A stretch of DNA of 63,819 bases, filler included, from Reclinomonas americana ATCC 50394 (lineage: Eukaryota): assembly GCA_048213135.1 (NCBI GenBank). It is 5 parts of 2 records of this genome, joined end to end, with 100 filler letters (N's around TTAATTAATTAA, not from the genome) between each part and the next. Parts side by side here need not be neighbours in the genome. Positions count along the whole stretch, not along the records: positions 62,627 to 63,819 come from PS015065.1; 4 more parts are not named here. One strand, 5' to 3'. The position numbers and the translations under genes were made by a program. Position 1 is the first letter of the stretch. Each line of letters begins with the position of its first letter. Shown piece after piece: positions 62,670 to 63,819 of the stretch. The notes under the pieces were generated by a model. It made no database searches, was not told the origin of the DNA, and saw only the letters and a program-made list of their open reading frames with translations.

Positions 62670-63819
62670 ATCTGTGTGCTCCGGATTTCATGCTGTGCGC
62701 CAGCGAGCTGCATCACTTGTGTCGGTGAGCAGCAGAGGGAAGCGGTCTTTATCTCATTCTGCAAACGCACTCTCAAGACTCTCATGCAGTGAGCACGTGA
62801 CAGAGGCTGGAGTGGATCTGTGTGGCGACGGTGACACATCTGGCCACGGCAAAGGAGGTTCCACGGCGATCTGTGCTGGCGTACGGCAGCGTGAAGGTCG
62901 ATTGAGTGTTTAGTGCACGCATGGTTGTTTTCATGCTGACATTGAGGGAGCGCCACAGATTACATGCCCACTGTGTCACGCGCCCATGGTTTGTGTTGTT
63001 CCTCTTGCTGCTTTCTTGCTGTTATCCTCACTGTGTATGGGGAACAGACGATCGGCGACTATTATCGCACACATGCCCTGTCGCAGTGTCCGTATGCATG
63101 CGAGAGATGTGCACAGCAGCTGACGCTCGATCGCACGGCGGAGCATGAGTGGAGTGGATGTTTGCGCGAGTGTCCGCTGGGGTGTGGAGCACGGATGGCG
63201 TTGAGTGAGATGGTGGAGCACAGCTGGAGTGGGTGCATGCGAGCGTGTCCGCGTGCATGTCAGCAGCAGTGTTCGCTGGCGGATATGCAGCGGCATCTTG
63301 GTGAGCGTGCTTGATGGAGAGAGAGGCGAAGAAGTGTATCATTTCACTGACCTGGTGTCTCTTGTGACAGAAACCGAGTGCCGACTGCAGCACACAGTGT
63401 GCCGTGGTGGAGAACTGGGGTGTGGATGGCGTGGAATTGGTGGGGAGAGGGAGGAGCATGAGCGAGTGTGCGATGTGCTGCGAGTGGAGCGACCACTGCG
63501 GGAGGTGAGATCTAGATTATTGAAGTGGGTGCTGCTGGTCAATTCATGCAGCTGATGTGGGTTGTGTTTGTGTGCACAGCTACATGGCAGAGTGCGAGAG
63601 CTTTCTCAGATTATGGCTCTGGAAAGAGAGGTGCGACTAGCTGAGATGCAAGCCGCTGATGATCGACTGCTCGCGGAGCAGCGCGCGAGGCACGCGATTG
63701 AGGAGCAATTAATTCGCGAGCAACAAGCGAGACAAAAGACTGACGAGCATCTTGGCGATTGTGTGGGAATGCTTGTCGAGTGTCGTGAGCAACTCGCCTT
63801 TGAGCGACGCATGCGCGAG
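62670..63819 (+). CDS. TRAF-type zinc-finger and coiled-coil protein (partial)
   Basis: Tandem CP.GCG..M....EH..GC motifs, ECRLQHTVCRGGELGCGWRG...EEHERVC and a downstream heptad-rich coiled coil. Confidence 0.75.

Overview
Gapped draft assembly of an intron-rich, GC-rich eukaryote. It is probably a flagellated protist, given CFAP299, a roadblock dynein light chain, mostly ~50-90 nt GT-AG introns and abundant (GT)n/(GA)n microsatellites. Four artificial TTAATTAATTAA linkers join scaffold pieces. Several contigs sit in the wrong orientation: when flipped, the reading frames join across the N-runs with little or no missing sequence. Recognisable genes are XPO1/CRM1, a SelW/Rdx selenoprotein whose UGA-Sec codon is split by an intron (with a SECIS), a chlamydial-type TGT, HMG-CoA synthase, TAF7, a roadblock light chain, a TEP1/p80-type TROVE-vWA protein, NOPCHAP1-like, a sphingomyelin/IPC synthase, RecG, an FN3 surface protein, an R2/RLE-type retroelement remnant, a GRAM-Qb-(PH-like)-Qc SNARE, an EF-hand sensor, taspase-1, CFAP299, a patatin/cPLA2-like lipase, a G-patch/C2H2 protein, a polytopic membrane protein and a TRAF-type zinc-finger protein. 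The main discovery is a minus-strand gene at about 36104-25224. Manual splicing gives about 22-23 exons and roughly 2,500 aa. It ends in a complete TnpB/Fanzor RuvC plus zinc-finger module with an intact, rearranged D-E-D catalytic triad. It also carries TnpB-like WED/REC motifs near its N-terminus, separated from RuvC by a roughly 1,400-aa insertion. This is a candidate giant, intron-rich Fanzor RNA-guided nuclease. All family assignments come from motif recognition by eye; no searches were run.
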